Positions 37,877 through 48,964 of a stretch of DNA of 64,000 nucleotides are shown in pieces. Position numbers and translations under genes: made by a program. The stretch is from assembly GCA_040905465.1 (NCBI GenBank), contig JBBDRK010000072.1:17851-81850 (forward strand). Direction: 5' to 3'. A model generated the notes under the pieces. It made no database searches, was not told where the DNA came from, and saw only the letters and a list, made by a program, of their open reading frames with translations. Source of the DNA: Trueperaceae bacterium (GTDB lineage Bacteria > Deinococcota > Deinococci > Deinococcales > Trueperaceae). The stretch's first letter is position 1. Each line of letters opens with the position of its first letter.

Positions 37877-39580
37877 ATGGCGGACGGTCAGCGGGACCTC
37901 TCATCGGCCATCAACGATTTCTGGCGGGCCCGGCGCCGCGCCAACCTGCGTGAGGCGCTGTCGTTTCTGGGCGGCGCCCCGAACCAGTTGCTCTCCTACG
38001 AGGAGGTGCGGCGCAAGCTTCGCGCGGTCGAGGAATCCACTCCGAAACTCGAGGACGTTCCCCTCGACGCCATAGTCGGCAGCGTGGGGCGTTACAACGA
38101 CTTCACACGTGGCTTCCTGCCCAGGCAGGACAGCGACAAGGAGCGCTGGGCGGGAGTGCGCCAGGCCATGACCGGGATAGAGGGCGTTCCGCCGATCGAG
38201 GTCTACCGTATCGGCGACACCTATTTCGTGAAGGACGGCAACCACCGGGTGTCCGTGGCCCGGCAACTGGGCACGAAGTACCTGCAAGCCTACGTCACGC
38301 CGGTTCACTCGCGCGTGAAGCTGGAGCCAGATGTCGAGCCGGACGACCTCATCATCAAGGCCGAGCAGGCCGACTTTCTGCTCGAAACGGGTCTCGACGA
38401 GTTGCGCCCGGAGACCGACCTGAGCCTTACTGCACCCGGCCAGTACGCCAGGCTGCTCGAGCACATCTCGGTGCACCGCTACTTCATGGGGATAGATGAG
38501 GACCGCGAGATCGACTATCAGGAGGCGGTGACCCACTGGCACGACAACGTCTACCTGCCGGTGGTCGAGAGTATCCGCAGGCACGGCCTGCTGCGCGGGT
38601 TTCCGGGACGTACCGAGACAGATCTGTATCTCTGGCTCTCGGAGCATCGCGGGGTGCTCGAGCAGGAGTTGGGCTGGAGTCTGCCGGCCGAGACGGTGGC
38701 ACAGGGTGTTGCCGCCGAGGTCTCGGGCGAGCGGCAGCTCTCCCCGGAGATGCGGGAGCGCGCCTTGCAGGCGGCCGTTGCCGACGACCAGGGCGACAAC
38801 CGCTCGTGGGAGAGGATCTGCGCCGATGTCCTCGTGGCCCTGCCCGGCGTCGACGACGCCCTGACTGCGCTCGATCAGGCACTGGTGGTCGCGCGCCGTG
38901 AGGGTTCACGGCTCTACGGCCTGCACGTGGTCGAGGGCCGCACCGACGCCGTCGGCCAAGCCGGAAGCGATGACGCTGTCCGTGCCTTGCGCCGTGCGTT
39001 CGAGGCGCGTTGCCGGGATGCCGGGGTGCCGGCTCAGTTCGCGGTGGCGCAAGGGACCGTCCAGGAGGAACTGCTGGCGCGAGCTATCTGGAGCGATCTG
39101 GTGGTCGCGCCCCTGCCGCTCGATCGGGAGGGGGACGTCAGGCTCTCGGGAGGCTACCGGTCGTTTCTGCGCAACAGTCCGCGCCCCGTTCTCACGGTCA
39201 ACGGTGAGGCCAGCCCACTCCGGCGGGCGCTGCTGGCTTACGACGGCGGCTCCCGGGCAAACGCCGCCCTGTTCATCGCTGCCTATATCGCCGCCAAATG
39301 GAAGACCGGGCTGACCGTGCTGACGGTGAACGATGGCGGCCAGGCAAGCGGTTCGCCGCTCGAAGACGCGCGGGAGTACCTCGAGGCGCACGGCATCGAG
39401 GCCAACTACCTCGCGGTTCGGGGACGGGTGGGCGCCACTATCGTCGAGGCGGCCGAGGCCCACGGCTGCGACACGGTCCTGATGGGTTCCTACAAGTACA
39501 ACCGGTGGCTCGAGTCGATGCTCGGCGGAGTCGTCGAGGAGGTCGTCGGGCTGGTTCGCGGCGCAGTGCTGGTGGCCTGA
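37877..39580 (+). CDS. ParB/Srx-like N-terminal domain fused to two universal stress protein domains
   Basis: IVGSVGRY.DF, PPIEVY...YFVKDGNHRVSVA; LYGLHVV, LLAYDGG and DTVLMGSY...LGGVVEEV. Confidence 0.85.
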   Translation: MADGQRDLSSAINDFWRARRRANLREALSFLGGAPNQLLSYEEVRRKLRAVEESTPKLEDVPLDAIVGSVGRYNDFTRGFLPRQDSDKERWAGVRQAMTGIEGVPPIEVYRIGDTYFVKDGNHRVSVARQLGTKYLQAYVTPVHSRVKLEPDVEPDDLIIKAEQADFLLETGLDELRPETDLSLTAPGQYARLLEHISVHRYFMGIDEDREIDYQEAVTHWHDNVYLPVVESIRRHGLLRGFPGRTETDLYLWLSEHRGVLEQELGWSLPAETVAQGVAAEVSGERQLSPEMRERALQAAVADDQGDNRSWERICADVLVALPGVDDALTALDQALVVARREGSRLYGLHVVEGRTDAVGQAGSDDAVRALRRAFEARCRDAGVPAQFAVAQGTVQEELLARAIWSDLVVAPLPLDREGDVRLSGGYRSFLRNSPRPVLTVNGEASPLRRALLAYDGGSRANAALFIAAYIAAKWKTGLTVLTVNDGGQASGSPLEDAREYLEAHGIEANYLAVRGRVGATIVEAAEAHGCDTVLMGSYKYNRWLESMLGGVVEEVVGLVRGAVLVA

Positions 39581-39692
39581 TCGTGGCGTGATGGGCTGCC
39601 GGCATCGTTACCTGCGTGCCCAGTTGACCCGGCACCCAGTCGCCATGCCTGAGACTCTCGTTGCCGGCGCGGCCGTCGCTGGGCGTCCCTGC

Positions 39693-40187
39693 TCAGGAGA
39701 CTGACAGCAGCGGCGGGTTTCGCAATGTCTGGAACACAACGCAGTAGCGCTCGGTAAGGCGGAGCAGGGTTTCCAGTTCCTCGGCCGTAGCTCCGCTTTC
39801 CAGATCGAACTCGAGCCGAATCTCCCTGAAGCCCACCGGGGCGTCCTTGGCCACCGCCAGCGTTCCCCGGAAGTCGAGGTCACCCTGCGCCCGGACGGTA
39901 CCGCCGGTAACGTCGATACCTATCGAGGCAGCCACCGCCTGCAGGGTGACGCCTGCGCAGGCGACGAGGGCCTGGAGGAGCATGTCCCCCGAGCAGGCGA
40001 GTGAGCCGTCGCCGCCGGTGGCCGGATGAAGTCCGGCTTCGACGAGCGCTTTGCCGGTCTGGACGCTGCAGCTCACGCCCTCGCCTACGCGCCCCTCGGC
40101 TTGCAGGGTCACGACCGCCGTCGCCGGCTCTTCCCGGTACCTTTGCTTGAGCGGTGCCTGTGCGGCGCGAAGCGATTCCGTTTCCAT
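39693..40187 (-). CDS. OsmC family protein
   Basis: LLQALVACAGVT, GDLDFRG and TERYCVVFQTL; GGAGG SD before ATG 40187. Confidence 0.9.
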   Translation of the reverse strand: METESLRAAQAPLKQRYREEPATAVVTLQAEGRVGEGVSCSVQTGKALVEAGLHPATGGDGSLACSGDMLLQALVACAGVTLQAVAASIGIDVTGGTVRAQGDLDFRGTLAVAKDAPVGFREIRLEFDLESGATAEELETLLRLTERYCVVFQTLRNPPLLSVS

Positions 40188-40581
40188 GGGCCTCCAGTTG
40201 GTCGAGATTCCCCAGGATACTCCTGCTGGCCGCGCAGGCATCGAGGTCGCCAATGTGAAAGACCGGCGCCCCCGTGCCGGTCTTTCTGGATAATCACCCG
40301 CTACCCTCTTGACCCGTACGATAGACCGCCCGCAACGCGGTGCAAAGAGCCATTCGCACCACCCGTCATGATTCACGAGGACCACGGCCGCAGTCGTTGG
40401 CCCGGAGCGGAGCGAAAGTCGTCCTTTCGTCCGAGCGTGGGTTGGACAAATGTTTTGCGACGAGAGTCGGCTAGGCTGACTGTAACCGCACCCCGCGATG
40501 CCAGACGCGATGCCAGACCCCAACTGCACCCCGCGACGCCAGACCCCAACGATCGAATCAGACTTTCAGGAGGAGGCAAGC

Positions 40582-40779
40582 ATGAACTGGGACCGGATCC
40601 AAGGACAGTGGCAGCAGGTGCAGGGAGAGGCCAAGAAGCGCTGGGGCCAGTTGAGCGACGACGATATGATGGAGGTCGAAGGAAACCGCGACAAGCTAGA
40701 AGGCAAGATCCAGGAGCGCTACGGCTACTCGAAAGACCGCGTCAAGCGCGAGGTCGACGAGTGGATCAACGATATGTGA
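40582..40779 (+). CDS. CsbD family stress protein
   Basis: MNWDRIQGQWQQVQG...WGQLSDDD...LEGKIQERYG; AGGAGGAGG SD. Confidence 0.93.
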   Translation: MNWDRIQGQWQQVQGEAKKRWGQLSDDDMMEVEGNRDKLEGKIQERYGYSKDRVKREVDEWINDM

Positions 40780-42330
<1,551 letters not shown>

Positions 42331-42373
42331 GGGAGCGGCACTACCCCTTCGCCGGGCGCGTTATCCTGGGGGC

Positions 42374-42712
42374 GTGGCAGACCGGGAAAAGTCCCAGCGC
42401 GAAGCCGAGGTACGGCTGATAGTCATGGCATGTGCGGAACGGGCGGGGGTGCTTGCACGATGCCGGCCGGCGCGCCGGCGCAGCGACCTGGCCATGGTGT
42501 TCCTGAGGGGACCGAGGCAGGCAGTGCTGGGCCTGCCGCTGAAAGTCTTCGATGCCCTCGAGGATTACGATGTCGAGATCATTCGCAGCGGTAGCCAGGA
42601 GGATCGCTACCTGCTGGTCATGGCGGTCACCGAAGCGTTGGGCTCTCAGGAGATTCGAACTCCGGAGCGCCGGGCAAAGCTACGGCGGCGCCTGGAACGG
42701 GAAGAAGCTTAG
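42374..42712 (+). CDS. hypothetical protein (112 aa), probably leaderless
   Basis: Coding-like ORF; TATCCT (42362-42367) ends 6 nt before the in-frame GTG 42374. Confidence 0.65.
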   Translation: MADREKSQREAEVRLIVMACAERAGVLARCRPARRRSDLAMVFLRGPRQAVLGLPLKVFDALEDYDVEIIRSGSQEDRYLLVMAVTEALGSQEIRTPERRAKLRRRLEREEA

Positions 42713-43266
42713 CCGACGATGTCGTCGACCGCCAGCCGGAATTGCGGCATGGCGACGCTGCTGATCACCCGGCCGAGACCACTCACGACAACCCCGCGAT
42801 AGCCCTGAGCGGAAGGTTCGCTGTGAACCAACACCTGCGACTGGGTCAGGTCCACCAGCCACGCTTCGGCGATGCCGAACCTTGCATAGAGCGGCATTTT
42901 AACGTGACGGTCGTAGGCCAGGGAACTGTCGGCTACCTCGATCACCAGGAGTGCGTCGGCGGCTGAGGGGTGGGCTGCCGAGTAGTAGTCCGTTCGAAAT
43001 CGGACGATGGCCAGGTCCGGCTCCACCTCGGTCCTGTCGTTGAGCCGAAGAGGGTCCTGCACGCGGAGCAGGGCGTCCTGGCCGATCACCGCCCCGAGGC
43101 GACTGGTGAGGCGCGTAACGCAGCCGGCATGCGAGCTCCCTTTCGGCGCCATCGCCACGACCTCGCCTTCCACCAGCTCCACGCGCTCGCTCTCGAAGAT
43201 GCCGCTCTCCGCCATCTTGTAGTACTCGTCTACAGTGAAGCTGCGTTTGGGAAGTTCGACTTGCAT
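42709..43266 (-). CDS. Uma2 (DUF820) family endonuclease-like protein
   Basis: FTVDEY, VELVEG, EPDLA, LVIEVADSSL.YDR..K..LYA; TATAAT and AGGAGG upstream. Confidence 0.92.
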   Translation of the reverse strand: MQVELPKRSFTVDEYYKMAESGIFESERVELVEGEVVAMAPKGSSHAGCVTRLTSRLGAVIGQDALLRVQDPLRLNDRTEVEPDLAIVRFRTDYYSAAHPSAADALLVIEVADSSLAYDRHVKMPLYARFGIAEAWLVDLTQSQVLVHSEPSAQGYRGVVVSGLGRVISSVAMPQFRLAVDDIVG

Positions 43267-43394
43267 GCCCGGTGCCTCCTGCCGGAATTATAGGCTGCCC
43301 GCCCGCGACCTGTTGCACCGGCGGTTGCACTCGCCCCTAGAAGTCCACGGTTGCTGCCGGGAGTCGCTCGATGATCCCGGCTTCGGATACCCTC

Positions 43395-43423
43395 TTGCAT
43401 ATGCGTTATATCTCTGCTACTAT
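43395..43423 (+). promoter_or_regulatory. sigma-A-like promoter divergent from Uma2
   Basis: TTGCAT, 17-nt spacer, TACTAT with extended TG, within an AT-rich patch. Confidence 0.55.
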
Positions 43424-43804
43424 TCGCTCTCGGGCCGCAAGCTGGCGGCCAGGGCCTTCCGGCCCGGAGAGGCAGGTGAGAAGCTGATGGTGATCGAGCC
43501 AGTAGTATCCCGGGCGAACGGGGCATGCGCGATCGCTGCCTTCCCTGCTCTCCTCACGATCATTCTCTCGATGCGTGGAGAACCGGCCGCGACCTAGGCT
43601 TTCGAGCTGATTTCGCTCGCCTGACGGTTCCCCCGGCGTCCAGAGAGATCGCCGGGTTTTGCATGACCCTAAGCAATCCAGGGAAGCACCGACTCGTACG
43701 CGGGAAGCCCCGCCGTGAAGCCTGAGTCGTGACCGATGGCGCCTGATCAGGCAGCCGCGTCGTGACTCGACCTTCCCGCTCGTTACGACAGAAGGAGGTG
43801 AACC

Positions 43805-43945
43805 ATGATTCATCAACTGAACCACTACGCCGCATTCGGCCGGCTGGAGTCTCTCCAGCGAGACCGCAAGACGGCACAACTGAAGCGCGACGGTTACCGC
43901 GACATTCGCGAGCCGCGCAAGGAGCGCCACTGGGCGAACCGCTGA
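43805..43945 (+). CDS. small protein (46 aa) below the ORF-track cutoff
   Basis: AAGGAGGTG SD, then MIHQLNHYAAFGRLESLQRDRKTAQLKRDGYRDIREPRKERHWANR*. Confidence 0.65.
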   Translation: MIHQLNHYAAFGRLESLQRDRKTAQLKRDGYRDIREPRKERHWANR

Positions 43946-44005
43946 GCGAACCAGTACTCCGAACGAGACCGGGTTCGCTCCCAAGGCACTGCATAGAGGT
44001 CCACC

Positions 44006-44203
44006 ATGTACATGAACGAACACCTTGTCCACCGCCTCGCCAGGGACCGAACCCGTGAACTCGATCGTGAAGCCGAAGTCGTGCGGCAACTCGCCGTACT
44101 GCGGCTGGGCTGGCGCAGCCGCCTGGCCCGCGCTCTGATGAATCTGGCTGCACGGCTCGAGCCAGCCTGCGCTCCGAACGACCGTCAACTGGCCCGCTTC
44201 TGA
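44006..44203 (+). CDS. small protein (65 aa)
   Basis: AGAGGT SD; MYMNEHLVHRLARDRTRELDREAE...WRSRLARALMNLAARLEP. Confidence 0.68.
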   Translation: MYMNEHLVHRLARDRTRELDREAEVVRQLAVLRLGWRSRLARALMNLAARLEPACAPNDRQLARF

Positions 44204-44291
44204 CTGCGCCATAATGGCGGCAGGACGATCGGCCCCGGCTGGCGAACGGGTCCCGGCGAACGAAAACCAGCGAACGGAGACCGGAACAACC

Positions 44292-44329
44292 GAGCGAGCG
44301 GCCGAAGCACACGCTTCGGCCGCTCGCTC
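44292..44329. terminator. strong hairpin between convergent genes
   Basis: 17-bp perfect inverted repeat gagcgagcggccgaagc-acac-gcttcggccgctcgctc. Confidence 0.75.
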
Positions 44330-44361
44330 ATGAAACCGGTGGACCAGCTTCGTCAGCCGCT

Positions 44362-45324
44362 CTATGACACCGCTTGTGCGCCCTCGGCCAGCTTGGATTG
44401 CGCGCCCTGCCCCAGGTAGATGTCCATCACGTTGTGGAGGAAGCGAACAGCCTCGTCCTTGGGGCGCTGGAACGAGTTCCGGCCGATGATCGAGCCGAAA
44501 CCGCCGCCCTCGTAGATGCCGCGGATGTCGCGGTAGAAGCTCTCCTCGCCCGCCTTGCTGCCGCCTGAGAAGATCACGATCCTGCGCCCGTCGAAGGCGC
44601 TCTGCACCACGTGCCGCACCCGATCCGCTACCGTGCCGACGGGGATCGAATGCTCGCTGTACTTCTTGCGCGCCGAGTCGTTCTCGATGTGCTCGCCCGG
44701 CAGCTTCACCTTGATGATGTGCGCGCCCAACTGGGCGGCAACCTGCGCCGCATAGGCCACAACGTCCACCGCCGTCTCGCCTTTCTTGGAAAGCCCTGAG
44801 CCGCGCGGATAGGACCACACCACCACGGCCAGCCCGCTCGCCTTGGCTTCCTCGGCCAGCTCGCGCAACTCCTCGTACATCGACTTGAAGTGCATGGAGC
44901 CGGGGTAGATGGTGAAGCCTATGGCCGAGCAGCCCAGGTGCAGTGCGTCGGCCACGCTGCCGGTGACCGAGGGCACCGGGTCTTCGTTGTCGGGCGACAG
45001 CGAGTCGTGGTTGTTGAGCTTGAGGATCAGCGGGACCTCACCCGCCCGCTCGGCGGCGCCGGCTTCGATGAAACCCAGCGGTGCGGCGTAGGCGTTGCAG
45101 CCTGCGTCGACCGCGAGGTCGAAGTGGTAGAGCGGGTCGTAGCCTGCCGGATTGTCGGAGAAGCTTCGGGCGGGCCCGTGCTCGAAACCCTGATCGACCG
45201 GCAGTATCACGAGTTTCCCGCTTCCCGCCAGCCGGCCGTGGCCCAGCATCCGTGCCAGGTTGGCCAGAACGCCAGGCGGCTGCGAGCGATAGTTGGCTAG
45301 GATCTTTCGCACGGCGTCTGTCAT
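44362..45324 (-). CDS. fbaB: class I fructose-bisphosphate aldolase (DhnA type)
   Basis: LPVDQGFEHGP, GFTIYPGS, WSYPRG, AHIIKVK (Schiff-base Lys) and GSIIGRNSFQ. Confidence 0.93.
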   Translation of the reverse strand: MTDAVRKILANYRSQPPGVLANLARMLGHGRLAGSGKLVILPVDQGFEHGPARSFSDNPAGYDPLYHFDLAVDAGCNAYAAPLGFIEAGAAERAGEVPLILKLNNHDSLSPDNEDPVPSVTGSVADALHLGCSAIGFTIYPGSMHFKSMYEELRELAEEAKASGLAVVVWSYPRGSGLSKKGETAVDVVAYAAQVAAQLGAHIIKVKLPGEHIENDSARKKYSEHSIPVGTVADRVRHVVQSAFDGRRIVIFSGGSKAGEESFYRDIRGIYEGGGFGSIIGRNSFQRPKDEAVRFLHNVMDIYLGQGAQSKLAEGAQAVS

Positions 45325-45352
45325 GTTTCCTCCCCTGACTCACCCGAGCCGC

Positions 45353-45697
45353 TCAGTCTTCGCGAATGCCGTCGAGGATCCGCTGCACCTCGCGCCAACT
45401 GAGGTTGTTCGCTATGCCCCCCTGGTAGTGGAAGGAGAATGGGTCATCGCCCGGGAATCGAGTCTTGATCAGGTCCCAACGCATCCCCCGGCGGTTGATC
45501 GGCTGGTACAGCACCACCGACGCGCCCAGGCGGTTCTCGAAACGATAGATCCGCTGCCGCCACTCCTCGAACGCCTTGAGGACGGACGTCAACTCCTGGG
45601 CTATGGTGCGACGGCCTTGCAGCCGGTACGGGCCTTCGTACACGAGATGCCGGCTGTGTCGGTCCCGCAGTTCCGCTAACAGTTCCGCGCTCTCCAT
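45353..45697 (-). CDS. hypothetical protein (114 aa)
   Basis: Coding-like ORF directly upstream of the aldolase; TAGAAT ends 6 nt before the ATG. Confidence 0.65.
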   Translation of the reverse strand: MESAELLAELRDRHSRHLVYEGPYRLQGRRTIAQELTSVLKAFEEWRQRIYRFENRLGASVVLYQPINRRGMRWDLIKTRFPGDDPFSFHYQGGIANNLSWREVQRILDGIRED

Positions 45698-45790
45698 ATC
45701 CGATTCTAGAGAAGCGTTCCGGTTCTTGGCTGTAACAACTGCAACTGCTTCTTCAGACGAATTTCATCCCGGTCCCAGAAACCGCCGGCC

Positions 45791-46648
45791 TCAGCCCAGG
45801 GTCAGCGCGGCCACCCCCGCCACCATCACCCCCGCGGCTATCAGCCTGCGCTGCCACTGCCCCTCTCCGAGGAAGCCGGCACCCAGGGCGGCACCGAAGA
45901 GGATGCTCACCTCGCGCACAGGCGCCACGTAACTCACCGGTGTGAACAGCAGGGCGGACAGCACCAGCAGGTAGGCCAACGGCGACAGCACCGACACCGC
46001 CAACACCGCACGCCGGTGGTTGCGCCACACCTCGCGCACCTCGTCGAAACGCGAGTACACGTGGGGCGTGAGCATCAGGGCGCGCAGGAGTTCGGATGAC
46101 CACAGCAGGATCAGCGGATGGATGGCCAGGCGAGATACTCCGTGGGCGTCGGTGATGGTGTAGGAGGCGATGAAGAGCCCGGTCAGAAGACCGTAGGCGG
46201 TTGCGCGGCGGCGGCCGTGCAGGAACAGCTTTTCGCCGCCCGCCAGCACGAAGGCGCCCAGCACCACCAGGGCGGCGCCGGTGATCGCCACCGGACCGGG
46301 GCGCTCGCCGAACAGCACGACGGCCGCCAGCACCGCCAGTACCGGTCCGCTGCCGCGCGCCAGCGGATAGACCAGCGACAGGTCGCCGGAGCGGTAGCCG
46401 CGCTGCAGCGCCAGCATGTACCCCAGGTGGAGGGCCGCCGAGCCGGCTATCAGGGTGATTTCGGGCAGGCCGAGGACAGGGCGCTCACGGATGATCACGA
46501 ACGCGGCGGCCGGAGCGAACAGTACCGACGAACAGACCGCGAAGAGCCACACGAACGGGGCACCGCGCGAGACCCGCTTGGCAAGCAGGTTCCAGGTGGC
46601 GTGCAGGAACGCCGACAGCAGAACCAGCGCGAGGGCGAGCAGGCTCAC
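45791..46648 (-). CDS. EamA/DMT family transporter
   Basis: SAFLHATWN, GDLSLVYPLARG and VSYVAPVREVS. Confidence 0.9.
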   Translation of the reverse strand: MSLLALALVLLSAFLHATWNLLAKRVSRGAPFVWLFAVCSSVLFAPAAAFVIIRERPVLGLPEITLIAGSAALHLGYMLALQRGYRSGDLSLVYPLARGSGPVLAVLAAVVLFGERPGPVAITGAALVVLGAFVLAGGEKLFLHGRRRATAYGLLTGLFIASYTITDAHGVSRLAIHPLILLWSSELLRALMLTPHVYSRFDEVREVWRNHRRAVLAVSVLSPLAYLLVLSALLFTPVSYVAPVREVSILFGAALGAGFLGEGQWQRRLIAAGVMVAGVAALTLG

Positions 46649-46758
46649 GGGGTCAGCCGAACCGCAGCTTCACTCTTGACCTTCGCGTGAGGCTACGACC
46701 ATCCGATCCGGCCGCAAGCCGGCCGGAAGCCCGGCCGGGGCAGGCAGGGGGCCGCCGA

Positions 46759-47712
46759 TCAATCGACGTAGGTAAGCCAGTGGTCGAACTCCGGGAGCTT
46801 GCCCGTGACCACCTCGAGGTAGGTCTTGCGCATCTTCAGCGAGAACTCCCCGGCCACGCCGGAACCGATGGGGCGACGGTCGATCGCCGCGATCGGCGTG
46901 ACCTCGGCGGCGGTGCCCACCATGAACACCTCGTCGGCTATGTAAAGCTCGTCGCGGGTGGCCATGGTCGGTCTTACCTCGGTGCCCATCCACTCGGCGA
47001 TTCGGATGACCGAGTCGCGGGTGATCCCGCGCAGGTTGACCGAGTGGGCGATAGGGTAGAGGACCTCGTCTTTGAGCATGAAGATGTTCTCGCCGGAGCC
47101 TTCGGCCACGAACCCTTCCTTGTCCAGGAGCAGGGCTTCGTCGAAGCCGTTTTCGCGCGCCTCCTGGTTCGCCAGTACCGAGTTGATGTAATTTCCGCCG
47201 GCCTTCGCCTTGGTCGGCAGGATGTCGCCCGAGCTGCGGCGCCACGAAGACGTCATCAGCTTGGCCCCGCTGCGAACCGCCTCATCACCCAGGTACACGC
47301 CCCAGGGCAGCGTCGCCACCATGAAGTGGACCTCGTTGCGAGTCGGGTTCACTCCCAGCGACTCGGCCCCGTACCAGAGCAGCGGCCGGATATAGCACGA
47401 CTTGCGCTCGTTCTTGCGAATGGTCGTCAGGATCGCGTCGTTGATCTCGTCGACGCCGATGTCCACCTTCATCCCCAGAATCTTGGCCGAGTCGAGAAGC
47501 CTCCGACTGTGTTCGTCGAGCCTGAACACCGCCGCGCCGCGAGCCGTTTCGTAGGCGCGGATGCCTTCGAACACGCTGGTGCCGTAGTGCAGCGCATGGG
47601 TGAGCACCGATACCTGCGCCTGGGCCTGAGGGACCAACTCGCCATCGAGGAACACATGGCCGGCATCCAGAGATGATGTGCTGGCCGGGGCGGGTTTGGA
47701 CTCGACTGCCAT
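46759..47712 (-). CDS. ilvE: branched-chain amino acid aminotransferase
   Basis: HALHYGTSVFEGIR, KAKAGGNY, EGSGENIF, LRGITR and GTAAEVTP; GGGAGG SD. Confidence 0.95.
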   Translation of the reverse strand: MAVESKPAPASTSSLDAGHVFLDGELVPQAQAQVSVLTHALHYGTSVFEGIRAYETARGAAVFRLDEHSRRLLDSAKILGMKVDIGVDEINDAILTTIRKNERKSCYIRPLLWYGAESLGVNPTRNEVHFMVATLPWGVYLGDEAVRSGAKLMTSSWRRSSGDILPTKAKAGGNYINSVLANQEARENGFDEALLLDKEGFVAEGSGENIFMLKDEVLYPIAHSVNLRGITRDSVIRIAEWMGTEVRPTMATRDELYIADEVFMVGTAAEVTPIAAIDRRPIGSGVAGEFSLKMRKTYLEVVTGKLPEFDHWLTYVD

Positions 47713-47926
47713 AGGGACCTCCCGAGATGTCATCCCCAATCATACAGGCGAGGCCGGGGCGCGACCGCGAGGCGATAGAGACCGGCGCGACCACAAGAGG
47801 ATAGGGGCCGGAACGACCAGGAGGTGACGACGACCGGGGCGACCACGATGCGATCGGGACAGAACCGCGCTGCGCCCCCGAGCAACCGCGGAGACCAGGC
47901 GTCAAGGGTTTGGGTAAACTACCGTG

Positions 47927-48904
47927 GTGAACATCCTCGTTACCGGCGGGGCCGGCTACATCGGCAGCGTGACCAGCGAGGCGCTGATCGCCCGCGGCCA
48001 CCGGGTGACCGTGCTCGACAACCTCGTCACCGGCCACCGCGAAGCAGTGCATCCGGAAGCGGCCTTCGTCGAGGCCGACATCCGCGACCGCGAGGCGGTG
48101 AGCGCCGCCGTTCGCGATCGGCAGGTCGAGGCGACGCTTCACTTCGCTGCGCTTTCGCTGGTGGGGGAGTCGATGGAGCGTCCGCACGACTACTTCGAGA
48201 ACAACACGGTCGGTACCCTGGAGCTGCTCGGCTCACTGGAGCGCGCCGGCGTCCGCAAGTTTGTGCTCTCGTCGACGGCCGCGCTGTTCGGCACCCCGGA
48301 GTCGGTGCCTATCGCCGAGGACGCACGCATCGCCCCGGAGAGCGTCTACGGGGAGACCAAGTACCTCATCGAGAGGACGCTGGCCTGGCTGGCTACCGGA
48401 GGGCTCGGCTACGCCGCGCTGCGCTATTTCAACGCTGCTGGAGCGAGCGAGACCTATGGCGAGGACCACCGGCCGGAGAGCCACCTGATACCGCTGGTCC
48501 TGCAAGTTGCCGCCGGCCAGCGGGAGCGCATCTCCGTGTTCGGTGACGACTACCCGACGGTCGACGGCTCCTGCCTCCGCGACTACATCCACGTGCGCGA
48601 CCTCGCCGATGCTCACGTCCTTGCTGTCGAGTCGTTACGGCCCGGCGAGCGGCGCAGCTACAACCTCGGAAACGGCCGCGGCTTCTCGGTATTCGAGGTG
48701 ATCGAGGCCTGCCGCCGCGTCACTGGCTGTGAGGTCGCCAGCGAGGTGGTAGGACGGCGCGCCGGCGATCCGGCGACCCTGGTGGCAGACTCCGGCAAGA
48801 TAAAGCGCGAGCTCGGCTGGCAGCCGCGCCATCACGACCTGGACGAGATAGTCGGCTCCGCCTGGAACTGGCGCCAGCGACATCCGCACGGTTACTCCGG
48901 CTGA
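47927..48904 (+). CDS. galE: UDP-glucose 4-epimerase, probably leaderless
   Basis: [26 protein letters not shown] and RDYIHV; TAAACT ends 6 nt before GTG 47927. Confidence 0.94.
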   Translation: MNILVTGGAGYIGSVTSEALIARGHRVTVLDNLVTGHREAVHPEAAFVEADIRDREAVSAAVRDRQVEATLHFAALSLVGESMERPHDYFENNTVGTLELLGSLERAGVRKFVLSSTAALFGTPESVPIAEDARIAPESVYGETKYLIERTLAWLATGGLGYAALRYFNAAGASETYGEDHRPESHLIPLVLQVAAGQRERISVFGDDYPTVDGSCLRDYIHVRDLADAHVLAVESLRPGERRSYNLGNGRGFSVFEVIEACRRVTGCEVASEVVGRRAGDPATLVADSGKIKRELGWQPRHHDLDEIVGSAWNWRQRHPHGYSG

Positions 48905-48964
48905 GCGCCGCTATCGTGGTCGTGGTAGCGGCCCATGCTAAGCTGGCCGTCGTTTGGAGACGCT

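Noticed and set aside
43720-43790. GTCGTGAC resembling the ZTP (pfl) riboswitch
   Set aside because: Lacks the GTGG/CCAC stem and the CGCCTGGGC 3' element.
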